From Alphaproteobacteria bacterium (lineage in GTDB: Bacteria > Pseudomonadota > Alphaproteobacteria > Bin95): a stretch of DNA of 64,000 bases. Below are positions 1 to 9,568 of the stretch, in pieces. A model generated the notes under the pieces. It searched no databases. It saw only the letters and a program-made list of their open reading frames with translations, and was not told the origin of the DNA. The position numbers were made by a program, and so were the translations under genes. The DNA lies in the NCBI GenBank assembly GCA_963665325.3, contig CAXXWS020000002.1:608001-672000 (forward strand), in the 5' to 3' direction. Position 1 is the stretch's first letter. The number at the start of each line of letters is the position of its first letter.

Positions 1-2
1 AG

Positions 3-2297
3 CTCTCCGAAGCCGGCGATGATGACGCGGGGGGCTCCATCCGAAGTGGGGATGGCATTGACGGCGTCGATCGCCTGGCCGAGCTCCTCCGGCAGCCCGT
101 CGGGACGGACCTGCGGCGGTTCGGCACCGTCGTGCGGTTCGGATGCCTCGGCCTGGCCTGCCCTGGCGAAGTCGTCCGGGCTGTCGGTGTCGCTCGGGGC
201 CTCGGGCTGGCCGTCATCGTCATTGGCGGCTTCGGGCGCCGGGTCGGCCGCTGGGGCCTGCTCGTCGGCCTGGTCCTCGATCCGGCCAGTATCGAAGGGT
301 ACGAAACCGGGCATGGTCCAGGCAAGTGCGGCGGCGTGTCCTTCGGGAGTTACGCCGACGGGTACGGGTCCTGCAGCGAATGCTGTTTCCATGGCCTTTG
401 CCAGCGCGTCCTTCTTGAACCTGGAGTGGGCGGTCGCCCATTCGGCGCCCAGGGTCGTGCGGGCGATGTCCAGGATGCGGCTCTTGTTGATCCGCGACCA
501 GAACATGTCGGCGGTCGGGCGGACCAGGGAGGCGAAGTCGATGTCGAGGCGCGCGACGGTGGCTTCGAACTGCGGAAGCGCCCGGTGCTGGAAGGACAGC
601 TGGCCGTCGAGGGTACGCGCCACCGCAGCGGCGAACAGCGCCTGCTTGGCTTGCTCGGGAAGGGCGCGGAGCGCTGCGAAGGACTCGCCGTCGTCCTCGA
701 TGTCCATCCAGTCGAAGGAAAGCGACGAACGGTCCTCGAGCATGGCCTCGCCCGGGCTCCAGCCGGCGAAGTCCTCATCGTTGTTGCGCATCGTCGGCCG
801 GTCCGGCGTTTCCCTCGTGGCGATGTCGAGGGCCTCGGCCCGGTAGCCGGGTCGTGAGAAGACGGAGCGCGCCATCTGGAAGACGGTGAGGTCGAAGGCG
901 GCGGTGAAGTCGTTCGCGAGGTGGGCTTTCACCAGGCTCGTCCGGATCGCAGTCATGTCGTCGGAGAGGCCGACGCCGATGCCGACGTCCTTGCGCGCTT
1001 TGGCAGCGGGATCGGGCTGGCGGCCCTGGGGCGGCGTGTAGCGGGGCTCCGTAGTCTGGACGGCCCCGCTGGCACTCGAAGCGTTGTCGCCGGTGTCTGC
1101 GGCCTCCGGCTTGTCCTCCGGACGGACGAGGCCCTCGATCACCTGGAGCTCGCCGTCCTGGCCGATGGTGACGATGCAGCCGGCGATCGCCATGGCCTCG
1201 GGGCTGTAGCGGGAACGGCCCGCGATGGCGTCCTCGATTTCCTGGGTCTCGGCCTCGATCGCGGCAAACTCGTCCTCGTGCTCCTCGGTCCAGGAGCCGT
1301 CGGCGCTGTTGTAGATCTCGGAGAGCTCCAGCTCGCGGGTGTTGAGCCGGTCCAGGCGGGCCTTCTCTTCGGCTGTCGGCTCGGAAGGATCGGCATGGAC
1401 GCGCGCATATTGCGCGGTCGTGTTCCAGTCGGCGTCGAGCTGGGCCTCGGCCCAGTTCCAGCGGGTCGCGAGTTCGTTGGCGGCCAGGTTGAGCTTGTCC
1501 GCGGCTAGCTTCGCGAGCAGCACCGGGTCCTCGAACCACACGCCGCTTTCGTCGTCGCGGGCGAACAGGTCGCGCATGACCGGGCCGCCGGCTGCCTCGT
1601 AGGCCTCGACCCCGACGAAGCGGGCGACCGCCGTGGCGCCGGGCACCCGCTCCTCGGTGAGGAGCCGTTTCACCTGCCAGGCAGTGGGGCGGTAGCCCTG
1701 TGCGGAGACTTGTCGCCATGCCGCCATCTGGCGCTCGTGGTCGGTGGTTACTGCGAAGGCCTTGAGGACTTCGAGGTCGGTCTCGTCAGCGCGGTAGGCT
1801 TCGAGGATCCCGGGTGCGACGTTGCCGAGCCGGATGCGCTGTTCGACGATCCGCTCGGTCACGCCGAAGCGCGCGGCGATCGCGGCGACGGTGAACCCCT
1901 CGCCGGCGAGGTCCGTGAACGCGGTGACCTGGTCGACCGGGTGCATGGGAATCCGGATGGTGTTCTCGACCAGCGAGAGTTCGCCCGGATTGTCGGCGCT
2001 GTCGGCCACCAGGCAGGGGACCGGATGGTCGGCCGGGATCTCCCCGTCGTCGCGGAGCGACTGGAGGGCGGCCAGGCGGCGGCCTCCGGCGATGACCGCG
2101 TAGCGGTCCGGGGTCTCCGCATCGAAGGTGCGGACGACCAGGTTCTCGAGGAGGCCGTGATTGGCGATCGAGGCCTTCAGCCCGGCATCGTCGCTCGGGT
2201 GGGGCGCGGTCTTGCGGACATTCTCGGCCGCCAGGACCAGGCAGGAAAGCGGAACCGGGCGGATTGGCCGGCCGGCGAGGGGAGCGGTCATGTTCAT
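3..2297 (-). CDS. Large plasmid/ICE-type ParB/Srx N-terminal domain protein (3' end beyond window; not in ORF track)
   Basis: Manual translation from ATG 2297 (GGAGA RBS): MNMTAPLAGRPIRPVPLSCLVLAAENVRKT...GLLENLVVR...YAVIAGGRRLAAL...SLVENTIRIPMHPVDQ...IAARFGVTERIVEQRIRLG...FVGVEAYEAAGGPVMRDLF. Open to the window edge. Confidence 0.85.
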   Translation of the reverse strand, partial: MNMTAPLAGRPIRPVPLSCLVLAAENVRKTAPHPSDDAGLKASIANHGLLENLVVRTFDAETPDRYAVIAGGRRLAALQSLRDDGEIPADHPVPCLVADSADNPGELSLVENTIRIPMHPVDQVTAFTDLAGEGFTVAAIAARFGVTERIVEQRIRLGNVAPGILEAYRADETDLEVLKAFAVTTDHERQMAAWRQVSAQGYRPTAWQVKRLLTEERVPGATAVARFVGVEAYEAAGGPVMRDLFARDDESGVWFEDPVLLAKLAADKLNLAANELATRWNWAEAQLDADWNTTAQYARVHADPSEPTAEEKARLDRLNTRELELSEIYNSADGSWTEEHEDEFAAIEAETQEIEDAIAGRSRYSPEAMAIAGCIVTIGQDGELQVIEGLVRPEDKPEAADTGDNASSASGAVQTTEPRYTPPQGRQPDPAAKARKDVGIGVGLSDDMTAIRTSLVKAHLANDFTAAFDLTVFQMARSVFSRPGYRAEALDIATRETPDRPTMRNNDEDFAGWSPGEAMLEDRSSLSFDWMDIEDDGESFAALRALPEQAKQALFAAAVARTLDGQLSFQHRALPQFEATVARLDIDFASLVRPTADMFWSRINKSRILDIARTTLGAEWATAHSRFKKDALAKAMETAFAAGPVPVGVTPEGHAAALAWTMPGFVPFDTGRIEDQADEQAPAADPAPEAANDDDGQPEAPSDTDSPDDFARAGQAEASEPHDGAEPPQVRPDGLPEELGQAIDAVNAIPTSDGAPRVIIAGFGE

Positions 2298-2454
2298 GGG
2301 GATCTCCGTCAGGGTCTGAAGAACGCCCGGCGGCAGGTCGATCCGGCCGCGAACGTATGCCCTTTCCCCTGCTATCCTTACCTGACCGGATGAGCGTCCG
2401 AGCGCGGCGCAGCGGGTATGGCGGCGGCCGGCTTGCGGCCTGGCGCGATGGCCG

Positions 2455-3936
2455 TCACTCCGTGAGGGACGGCACGATTCCTGCGAACTTCCGGGTCCAT
2501 TGCCGGCCTTCGGGCGTTGGCACCCGGACGCTCTGCATGAAGGCGTGGACGGGTTCGAGGCCGCGCGCGCGGAGCTCGCGCTCGAGCTGGGCGATCAGCC
2601 AGCTGTCGGCCAGCACGAGGACCTTGCGGGTATTGAGGCGACCGGCCGCCACCTTGGCGATATCGGCCCAGATGCCCGCGCATTTCCGTATCTGGTAGGG
2701 GCCGGGGGCGGCCTTCAGCGAGAGCGCCTTGACCAGGGCCTTGCGGTCGGTCTCGTGCAATTCGAGGACGCCGGCCTCGCGAAGCTCCGGCGTGAGCTGC
2801 GCCCGGGACAGGTTCAGGATGGGCTCCGGCATTGGCGGGACGGACTCGCGGGCGGGCGCGGGGCCGGCAGACGCGGGGACCGCGAGCTGCGGGCGGGCTG
2901 TCGAGGCCAGCTGAGCCTCCATGTTGCGGCGGAGCTGAGCCGCGCCGACAGCCTTCAGGTCGTCGTTGAGGTCGTCGAGCTCGGGAAGGATGAGGTGTGC
3001 ATTGCGGCCTTCGGCCTTCAGGCGGTCCTCCAGCCTGCAGGCGGCCGGGTAACCGGCCGGGTCCCGGTCGACGGCGATGAGAATGCGCCCCGTCGACGGC
3101 GGGATCGGGATGCCCGCCATGACGCTCGATGTCAGGGTGGCGATGCCGGCGCAGCCCGGCAGTGCGGAGAGCACCGAGAGCACGGTCTCGATTCCCTCGC
3201 CGACAGCAATGTCGCTCGTCGCCATGCGCTCGGGATGAAACAGGACGCCGGCGCCTTTCGGGCTGTCGAGCAGCTTCTTGGGCTGGGGCAGCTGCGCCTT
3301 GTCGAGGCCGGTGGCGTCGAGCCATGTCCGGTGAACCGCGTTCACCCGGCCGTCCGCGCCGAGGATGCAGGCGATCATGGCCGGCCGGTAGGTGACGTAG
3401 TTGTCGTCGCGGTAGCGGAGCTTCGACGTAAAACGCAGCGCCTCGTGGTCCGTGTCGGTTATGCCCCGGTTACGGAGATAGAGTTCCGCTAGTGTCCCGG
3501 GCAGCGGCTGGCAAGCGTCCCAGAGCCTGGGGGCGCCGGCGGGCGAATCTGCGTGGTGCCCGTCCGGTGTCTCCGGAGTGACGGCCGGAGGCGGCGTTGG
3601 GGTTGACGGTCGCGATCGGTCAGCCGGCTGCAAGTTCGGGACGCCGAGGAAGTAGCGCGCTTCGGCCATGGCCGGGCCCAGGCTGGAAAATCCGCGTGTG
3701 TGCTGGATCAGGTCCAGCAGGTCGCCCTTGTCTCCTGTCTCGTAGTCGCGCCAGCGGCCGCGGCGATGCCCCCGGAGGTCCACCTTGAGGCTCTTGCCGG
3801 GGGCGTTGTTGAGGTTGCCTACCTCCCAGCGATTTCCCGAGAGCGTGCCGGCAGGGAGGAAATGGCGGCATACCTCCTCGGCCCGTGCGGCCAGCATCGT
3901 CGAAAGGTCGCGGGGGGAGGGTCTTCCGTCCTGCAT
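2455..3936 (-). CDS. Plasmid-type DNA primase/Toprim protein with an extra C-terminal domain
   Basis: N-terminal EEVCRHFLPAG..WEVG..GKSLKV..GRWRDYETGDKGDLLDLI; YLRNRGI; AVHRTWL; Toprim VGEGIETVLS, IAVDRDPAG, DDLNDDL. Confidence 0.8.
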   Translation of the reverse strand: MQDGRPSPRDLSTMLAARAEEVCRHFLPAGTLSGNRWEVGNLNNAPGKSLKVDLRGHRRGRWRDYETGDKGDLLDLIQHTRGFSSLGPAMAEARYFLGVPNLQPADRSRPSTPTPPPAVTPETPDGHHADSPAGAPRLWDACQPLPGTLAELYLRNRGITDTDHEALRFTSKLRYRDDNYVTYRPAMIACILGADGRVNAVHRTWLDATGLDKAQLPQPKKLLDSPKGAGVLFHPERMATSDIAVGEGIETVLSVLSALPGCAGIATLTSSVMAGIPIPPSTGRILIAVDRDPAGYPAACRLEDRLKAEGRNAHLILPELDDLNDDLKAVGAAQLRRNMEAQLASTARPQLAVPASAGPAPARESVPPMPEPILNLSRAQLTPELREAGVLELHETDRKALVKALSLKAAPGPYQIRKCAGIWADIAKVAAGRLNTRKVLVLADSWLIAQLERELRARGLEPVHAFMQSVRVPTPEGRQWTRKFAGIVPSLTE

Positions 3937-3955
3937 TCGGATGCGCGCCGTGCGG

Positions 3956-6900
3956 TCAGGCGCTCATGGCCCGTGAAGCGCCTTGCTGCACCGTCCTGGT
4001 CCGGGTCTGCTCGGCGGCGGCATGGACTTCCGGCACGACCGGGGCCTTGAAGCGTTCGTCGCGCAGGAGTGCCGCAGCCTGTTCGTTCGCCTGCCGGGCT
4101 GCGCTGCAATGCTCCAGATGCGGGGCCAGGACCGGGTCGTTGCGCTGCGTGTCGAAACGCTCGAGGAGGCTGTCGGCATTTGCGCGCCAGGCGGGGAACT
4201 CCGGCGCCTCGTGGACGGGCCGCGCATTGTCGCGGGACCATTGCTCGAAACCGAGCACTTTCACGCAGGCCTGGGACATGTCGCGGGAGGTGAACTGGAT
4301 CTCGGACATGCGCTGCTCGGACCCGGCGAGCTGGGCCGAGAGCGCTTCCAGGCGTTCTGAGCGCGCGGGATCGCCGGCGCAGGCCGTAGCTGCTTCTTGG
4401 ACCGTGGCGCGCAATTCCTGGAACTGCGGTGTGTATGGGAGCAGTTCGGCCTTGCGGTCCACCAGGTCGAGGGTTTGCCGGTAGAGGTCCGAGACGCGCT
4501 CCAGGCTCGTCGCGACGGGCTCCGGGGAGGCGTGATCGCCCCGGCCGAGCGCGGCGTCGTGGAACAGGGTCGGGAGACCCGGCGCCTCGAGGCGCTCGGC
4601 GTGGGCCGCCATTTCCTTCGGCGCCAACGGCAGGTGGGACTCAAGGTTGGGGTTCTGGCGGGCCTCGTTCCATGCGCCAAGGGCCTGGTCGCGATCGTGG
4701 AGCCAGGTGTTGAACCCCGGCGCGGTCTCGATCGCCCGCCCGGGATTCTCGGCCGCCCATTCCTTCAGGCCGTCCAGCCGGTCGCAGGCATCGTCCAGGC
4801 GGCCCGCGATATGTTGCACCGTGTCCCGGCATTCGGCATGGCGGTCGAGGGTCTCCCGCAGCCCCTCCAGGCGCGTCGCGAACTGCTCGGGCTGGTGACC
4901 CGCGCTGAGCGTGTCGTTCACGAGCTGGCGGAAGTCTTCGAAGCCTTTCTGGTAGGGAAGCTGCTCGGCCTGCTGTCCGGCGGCGGCGATCAGATCCGTG
5001 TACCGGGTCGCGATCGCCTGCCGGGTCTCCTGGACGGTTGCGGGGTCGGGCGAGGCCGCCCTGAACGACGGGTCTTGCGCAGGATCGACCTTCATCACGC
5101 CGACATTGAGGCGTGCGGCCTTGTCGATCATGTCCACGACGAGCTTGCCGGCGGCGGGCCCGAAGGCGATGACGCCCTTCGGCTGGAGCTCGCGAAACAT
5201 CTCGCTGTTGCGCTCATAGGGAGCGGCCTGCTTGCCGTGCGTCGAGAAGTCCGGCAGGCAGGGGATCTGGGGCACGTTGTTGGCGTCGGCCCAGGCGGCG
5301 GCGAGCCTGTCATATCCGTTCTCGTTGCCCCAGTGGGCGAGCTTCATGTCCGGATATTTCTCGTGCACGGCATCGAGTGTCCGTGCGACTGCGGCATAGT
5401 GCAGGTCCTGCACCTCCGGCGCGAGCTTGTCGCCGGCGACCGCGACCACGGCGCCTTCGCGGTAATGCGCCTCGTGCAGGCGGCGGTCGACATGGTTGAG
5501 GAAGGACTGCGATTCCAGCAGCGCGGCGTTGGTGACGTCCTGGGTGCGGCCGAAGGACTGCTCCTGCCAGGGCTTGAGCGTCTCCTCCCTGTAGATTGCC
5601 TTCGCCTGCTCGAAGAGCGTCGAGAATGTCTCCTTCCGGACCTCTATCTCGCTCGCGACGGCGTCCCGCTGTGCGGGAGGGATATCCGGGTCGTTGCGGA
5701 CCTGCTGAAGCTCCGTCTCGACGCGCTTCAGCTGCGTGGCGATGACGTTGGCGATGCCCCAGAGCATGTTCTCGCGCTCGTCGGCGACCTGGTAGCCGTC
5801 CGGCGTCACGCGGTGAATGAGCATCTGCACGGCGAGGGCGAACGCGGAGCCTGCGGTCTCGGTGTCCTGGAACGCGCCGGCGGCGGTCGCGGCGTTCAGC
5901 GTTCGGTCGCGGCCCCGGCTCGGGTCCTCGTTGGGCTCCTGTGCGCCGGCGAGTGCGCCGGGCTCGAGACGGTAGCCTGCAAGCAGCGGCTTCGAGGCGT
6001 CGGCGAGCTGTGCGGTGTTCTCGATCCGGGTCGCCGGGATGCCGGCGTCGCCGATTTTGCGCACCAGGTCGGCGGGGATCCCGCGCCCGGCGCCCGGGAA
6101 GACAACCAGGCCGTCCGGCTTCTCGGCCGCGATACGGTCGTTTCTCTCCTTCAGGGCGGCGTCGCCCTCGTGGTTCTTATAGTCCGGAGCGACGGCCTTC
6201 ATGGGCACGTCGTTCGCGGCAGCCCATTCCTTGGCGATAGCGTCGGCGCCGCGGCTGTTGGCACCGTGAATGACTACCAGGTCGGGGTGCTGCTTGTAGA
6301 GGCGGTCGAGAGTGGCCCATACGAGGGCGCGCCCGGGCTTGAGGCCGGAGACGATCGCGACGCGGGTCCCTTGGGTCCGGGCCAGGTATTTCCGGGCCCG
6401 GGTGTAGTCCTTCATCGTCAGGCGGGGCGATTCGTGCCGTTCGGTCCGGCTGGTCGTGGAAGCGCGTGGCTCGCGGACGCGCCAGATCTGCCCGGTATGA
6501 TCCTGGTAGCCGGCCGCGGCCGTGTTGCGCATCCTCTCAAAGGCCTCCGCGCGGCCCTGCAGGTCCCAGCCGCGTTCGGTGGCGCGCTGGAGCTGGAGCG
6601 AGCTTATCTCGTTGCCGTCCTGCGCCTTCTGCAGGTCGCGTATCTCGGGTTCGAGATTGGACGCGGCGCGGAAGAGGCGTTCGGCCTGGGCGTTCAGGAC
6701 GTGGACGATGCCCCACATGAGCTGGGTGCGGTCGGGCTCGAGCGGGGCGCCGTCGGGCGCGATCCGGGTGGCGATGAGGTCCATCACCCGGTCGATGGCG
6801 TCGTGGGCGTCCTCGGGATCGTAGACTTCGCGGGTGTCGGGGTCGTCGAAGCCGGGCGTGGCGCCGTAGAGGCGCGCCTGTTCCATTATGTGGGCCGTGC

Positions 6901-7066
6901 TGGCGCCGGCTTCGCGGACTTCGCCGGCGTCGAGGTCGGGATTGTCGGGGTCTTCGAACGAGGACATTTCGTCGATGCCGTAGCGGCCGGAGAGCTCGAA
7001 GGACGCGCCGGTCTCGATATGGACATTGTCGAGATCGTTGTGGGAGGTATCGAAGGGGCCGGCCAT
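3956..7066 (-). CDS. 1036-aa protein with two DUF2493/YspA-like SLOG modules and two C-terminal helical repeats
   Basis: LDRLYKQHPDLVVIHGANSRGADAIAKEWA..ERNDRIAAEKPDGLVVFPG and LDAVHEKYPDMKLAHWGNENGYDRLAAAWA..ERNSEMFRELQPKGVIAFG. Confidence 0.75.
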   Translation of the reverse strand: MAGPFDTSHNDLDNVHIETGASFELSGRYGIDEMSSFEDPDNPDLDAGEVREAGASTAHIMEQARLYGATPGFDDPDTREVYDPEDAHDAIDRVMDLIATRIAPDGAPLEPDRTQLMWGIVHVLNAQAERLFRAASNLEPEIRDLQKAQDGNEISSLQLQRATERGWDLQGRAEAFERMRNTAAAGYQDHTGQIWRVREPRASTTSRTERHESPRLTMKDYTRARKYLARTQGTRVAIVSGLKPGRALVWATLDRLYKQHPDLVVIHGANSRGADAIAKEWAAANDVPMKAVAPDYKNHEGDAALKERNDRIAAEKPDGLVVFPGAGRGIPADLVRKIGDAGIPATRIENTAQLADASKPLLAGYRLEPGALAGAQEPNEDPSRGRDRTLNAATAAGAFQDTETAGSAFALAVQMLIHRVTPDGYQVADERENMLWGIANVIATQLKRVETELQQVRNDPDIPPAQRDAVASEIEVRKETFSTLFEQAKAIYREETLKPWQEQSFGRTQDVTNAALLESQSFLNHVDRRLHEAHYREGAVVAVAGDKLAPEVQDLHYAAVARTLDAVHEKYPDMKLAHWGNENGYDRLAAAWADANNVPQIPCLPDFSTHGKQAAPYERNSEMFRELQPKGVIAFGPAAGKLVVDMIDKAARLNVGVMKVDPAQDPSFRAASPDPATVQETRQAIATRYTDLIAAAGQQAEQLPYQKGFEDFRQLVNDTLSAGHQPEQFATRLEGLRETLDRHAECRDTVQHIAGRLDDACDRLDGLKEWAAENPGRAIETAPGFNTWLHDRDQALGAWNEARQNPNLESHLPLAPKEMAAHAERLEAPGLPTLFHDAALGRGDHASPEPVATSLERVSDLYRQTLDLVDRKAELLPYTPQFQELRATVQEAATACAGDPARSERLEALSAQLAGSEQRMSEIQFTSRDMSQACVKVLGFEQWSRDNARPVHEAPEFPAWRANADSLLERFDTQRNDPVLAPHLEHCSAARQANEQAAALLRDERFKAPVVPEVHAAAEQTRTRTVQQGASRAMSA

Positions 7067-7226
7067 GACGTGTGCTCCGGATGACGTTTCCTCTGGGGAG
7101 GCATCGGAGTCGATGGAAATTTCAGTGTCAAGAATCCTGACCGATTTGCGGGTATTGGCGCGTATCGTTGACGAGCGGGAACGGCGGGGAGTCTAATGAT
7201 CGCGGTTATGCCGGAGGGAGCCTGCG

Positions 7227-7547
7227 ATGGAGTTGGAAAAGCTGAATGGCGCGGTGCCGGCGGGCGGGGAACCGCTGTCTCCGGAGGAAATGGTCAATGT
7301 CCTGGTCGAGGGGATCGCACCGAAGGGCTCGCCGCTTGCGGGGGATCGCGGCCCCGTCCTGAACGACATGGCGAAGTTGTTCGACGAGCAGGCGCGCGCC
7401 GCGGTGGGTGAGCGGGAAAGCGTGGAGGGACCGGAGGCCTCGGAGAAGCTGGAGGCGAGGATCGCCGAGCTGGAGGCGATGAGGACAAAGGCTGCTACGA
7501 TGTATCAGGAAGAGACCGGGCAAGAATGGACGCCGGTAGAGAACTGA
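7227..7547 (+). CDS. Small protein resembling the helical domain that precedes each SLOG module of the divergent gene
   Basis: GGAGGGAG RBS. IAPKGSPLAGDR..MRTKAATMYQEETGQEW aligns by eye with IAPDGAPLEPDR..MRNTAAAGYQDHTGQIW. Confidence 0.7.
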   Translation: MELEKLNGAVPAGGEPLSPEEMVNVLVEGIAPKGSPLAGDRGPVLNDMAKLFDEQARAAVGERESVEGPEASEKLEARIAELEAMRTKAATMYQEETGQEWTPVEN

Positions 7548-7567
7548 GGTTTGACGGGTAGCCTGAG

Positions 7568-7593
7568 AAACCCCTCGCGATTGCGGGGGTTTT
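7568..7593 (+). terminator. Rho-independent terminator, possibly bidirectional
   Basis: AAACCCCTCGC-GATT-GCGGGGGTTTT just after the stop at 7547. Confidence 0.7.
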
Positions 7594-7677
7594 GCGTGTT
7601 GACAAATGGTCTGTCTGCTGGACAGCGTCGCCGGGCAAGGTTTATGGAATGGCTTTGCATGCACTCGGGAGAAGGTG

Positions 7678-7959
7678 ATGGTGGCGTCTAGGCGGGATCT
7701 GGCGGTTAGAGTGCAGGAGAAGCTCGGTATTTCGAACGTGGCTGCTCAGCGGATCGTGACGGCAGTGGTCGAATCGCAGACGGAATTGCTGGTGGAACAG
7801 GAAGGGTTACAGGTCAGGGGATTGGGATCGTTCAGGGTGATCCATCATGCCGAAACGCGGGCCCGCAATCCGCAGACGGGCGAGCCGGTCGTGGTTCCGG
7901 CCGGCAAGCGGGTGAAGTTCAACCCGTCGAGCGTGTTGAGGCGTGCGCTCTCTGAGTAG
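7678..7959 (+). CDS. HU/IHF family DNA-binding protein
   Basis: LQVRGLGSFRV...ARNPQTGEPVVVPAGKRVKFNPS. Start moved to ATG 7678. Confidence 0.9.
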   Translation: MVASRRDLAVRVQEKLGISNVAAQRIVTAVVESQTELLVEQEGLQVRGLGSFRVIHHAETRARNPQTGEPVVVPAGKRVKFNPSSVLRRALSE

Positions 7960-9568
7960 GGTTGGGGACGGGTTCCGGGCCGGATTCCGGTGGCAAGGAC
8001 GCTTTCGTCCAGTCGAGGAGCGCCAGGACGTTCGGGCGTATGCGCATGCTGGGCCGGCCCGGCTCATCGCCAGCGGAAAGCTCTATGGCATGCAGGAGCC
8101 GGGATAACCGGTGGGCGGCTCTGAACCGTGTGTAAGGGTGAGTGCTTTGCGTGTCTGCGCGGAGTTCTCTCGCCTTCGCCAGCAGTGTGGGTTTGAGGTG
8201 TTCGGATTGCGATGACGGAAGCCGGGTTGTGTCCGCTTCTGAAAGCTCGTCGTGCAGGATTGTGTGCTCGCGGTCGAGAGCCGCAATCTCGGCGACGATC
8301 GACGGAGGGGGGTCCTCGACGTCCTTGATGGCCTGGACCAGCCGGCGCGTGTGCAGCCGGTTGAGATCGAGACGCTTCTGCAGGTCGTTGCGCCGGCGGG
8401 CGAGCTCGGTGAGGGCTTCGCCGATTACCCTGTCCCATTTTGTACGCCGACCGATCCACTGCGCGAGGCGTATGGCGACCAGGGCGTCCAGGTCTCTCAG
8501 CACGAAGGTCCTTGCCTGGCACCCCTTCCGGCTGCGGCTGGTCGTGCAAGCCCAGCGGTCCTTGCCGAGTGAGTTGATACCTCCACCGCAATGAGAGCAT
8601 TGGAGAACGGGTGTCAGGGGTTTGGCTCCTTTCGGGAGCGCCGGAATGCCCGGGGGCGGTTTTCGGGATCGTGACGTAGCGATGACGCGGTCCTGGACGA
8701 CGTTCCACGTCTTGTCATCGATGATGCGGAGTTCCGGGACGATCCCGATCTCCGGTGTCTCCTCCGTGCATGGACGGGGCACCGCACGGCCCGTGGCGGG
8801 GTTGCGAACGGTGCGGGTCGCGCCGTAGACGATTTCCCCGATATAGAGGCGGTTCGACAGCATGGTCGAGCGGGCGTTCATGCCGACGAGGGTGTTGTGG
8901 CGCCATGTAGAGCCTCCGCTCGGCGTCGGGATACCTTCGGCGGTCAGAAGTTTCGCTATCGCCTTTGCAGAGGTTCCGTTGGCGTAGAGGCTGAATATCC
9001 TGCGGACGATGGCTGCCTGGTCGGGATCGATTTCGCGGAGGCCTCGCTCGACCCGGGAGCCGTCTACGCGGTTGGCGTTCCGGTAACCGAAAGGGGCCCG
9101 TGAACTCATGCGGCCGTTCCGGACGATGCCGCGTTGGCCGCGGCGGGTCTTTTCCGAGAGGCTTCGAAGGTAGATGGCGTTCATGGTTCCCTTCAGGCCG
9201 ACGTGGAGCTCGGTGATTATGCCTTCTTCGAGCGTGACAAGCGTTACCTGCGAGTAGACAAGCTGCTGGTAGAAGTCGGCAATGTCGCGCTGGTTTCGGG
9301 TTATGCGGTCGAGCGATTCGGCGCACACGGCGCTGTAATGTCCGTCGCGGCAGTCGTCGAGCAGCGACTGGATGCCGGAGCGAAAATAGATGCTGATGCC
9401 TCCGGACTGCCTGGCGTCGTAGTACTCGGCATGAACCGCGCCGGAGCGCGACACGACGTATCGAACGCAGTCGTGAAGCTGGTCGTCGATTGAGGTGGGT
9501 TTCTGTCGGGGGGAGGAATAGCGCGCATAGACAGCGGTACGCGACAGATTGAGCCGGTCGTGGGTCAT
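7919..9568 (-). CDS. Large serine recombinase (resolvase + recombinase + Zn-ribbon domains)
   Basis: AVYARYSSPRQKPTSIDDQL, ESLDRITRN, APFGY, LSNRLYIG, LQCSHCGG. True start ATG 9568. Confidence 0.9.
   Translation of the reverse strand: MTHDRLNLSRTAVYARYSSPRQKPTSIDDQLHDCVRYVVSRSGAVHAEYYDARQSGGISIYFRSGIQSLLDDCRDGHYSAVCAESLDRITRNQRDIADFYQQLVYSQVTLVTLEEGIITELHVGLKGTMNAIYLRSLSEKTRRGQRGIVRNGRMSSRAPFGYRNANRVDGSRVERGLREIDPDQAAIVRRIFSLYANGTSAKAIAKLLTAEGIPTPSGGSTWRHNTLVGMNARSTMLSNRLYIGEIVYGATRTVRNPATGRAVPRPCTEETPEIGIVPELRIIDDKTWNVVQDRVIATSRSRKPPPGIPALPKGAKPLTPVLQCSHCGGGINSLGKDRWACTTSRSRKGCQARTFVLRDLDALVAIRLAQWIGRRTKWDRVIGEALTELARRRNDLQKRLDLNRLHTRRLVQAIKDVEDPPPSIVAEIAALDREHTILHDELSEADTTRLPSSQSEHLKPTLLAKARELRADTQSTHPYTRFRAAHRLSRLLHAIELSAGDEPGRPSMRIRPNVLALLDWTKASLPPESGPEPVPNPTQRAHASTRSTG

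Noticed and set aside
19-2393. ORF-track ORFs in the first 2.3 kb
   Set aside because: All overlap the true minus-strand ParB-domain gene, which the track missed because it runs off the window.
4397-7084. 895-aa plus-strand ORF and other long antisense ORFs (e.g. 38174-40282, 32352-34055, 42721-44262)
   Set aside because: Shadow frames of real genes in high-GC DNA; no recognisable motifs.
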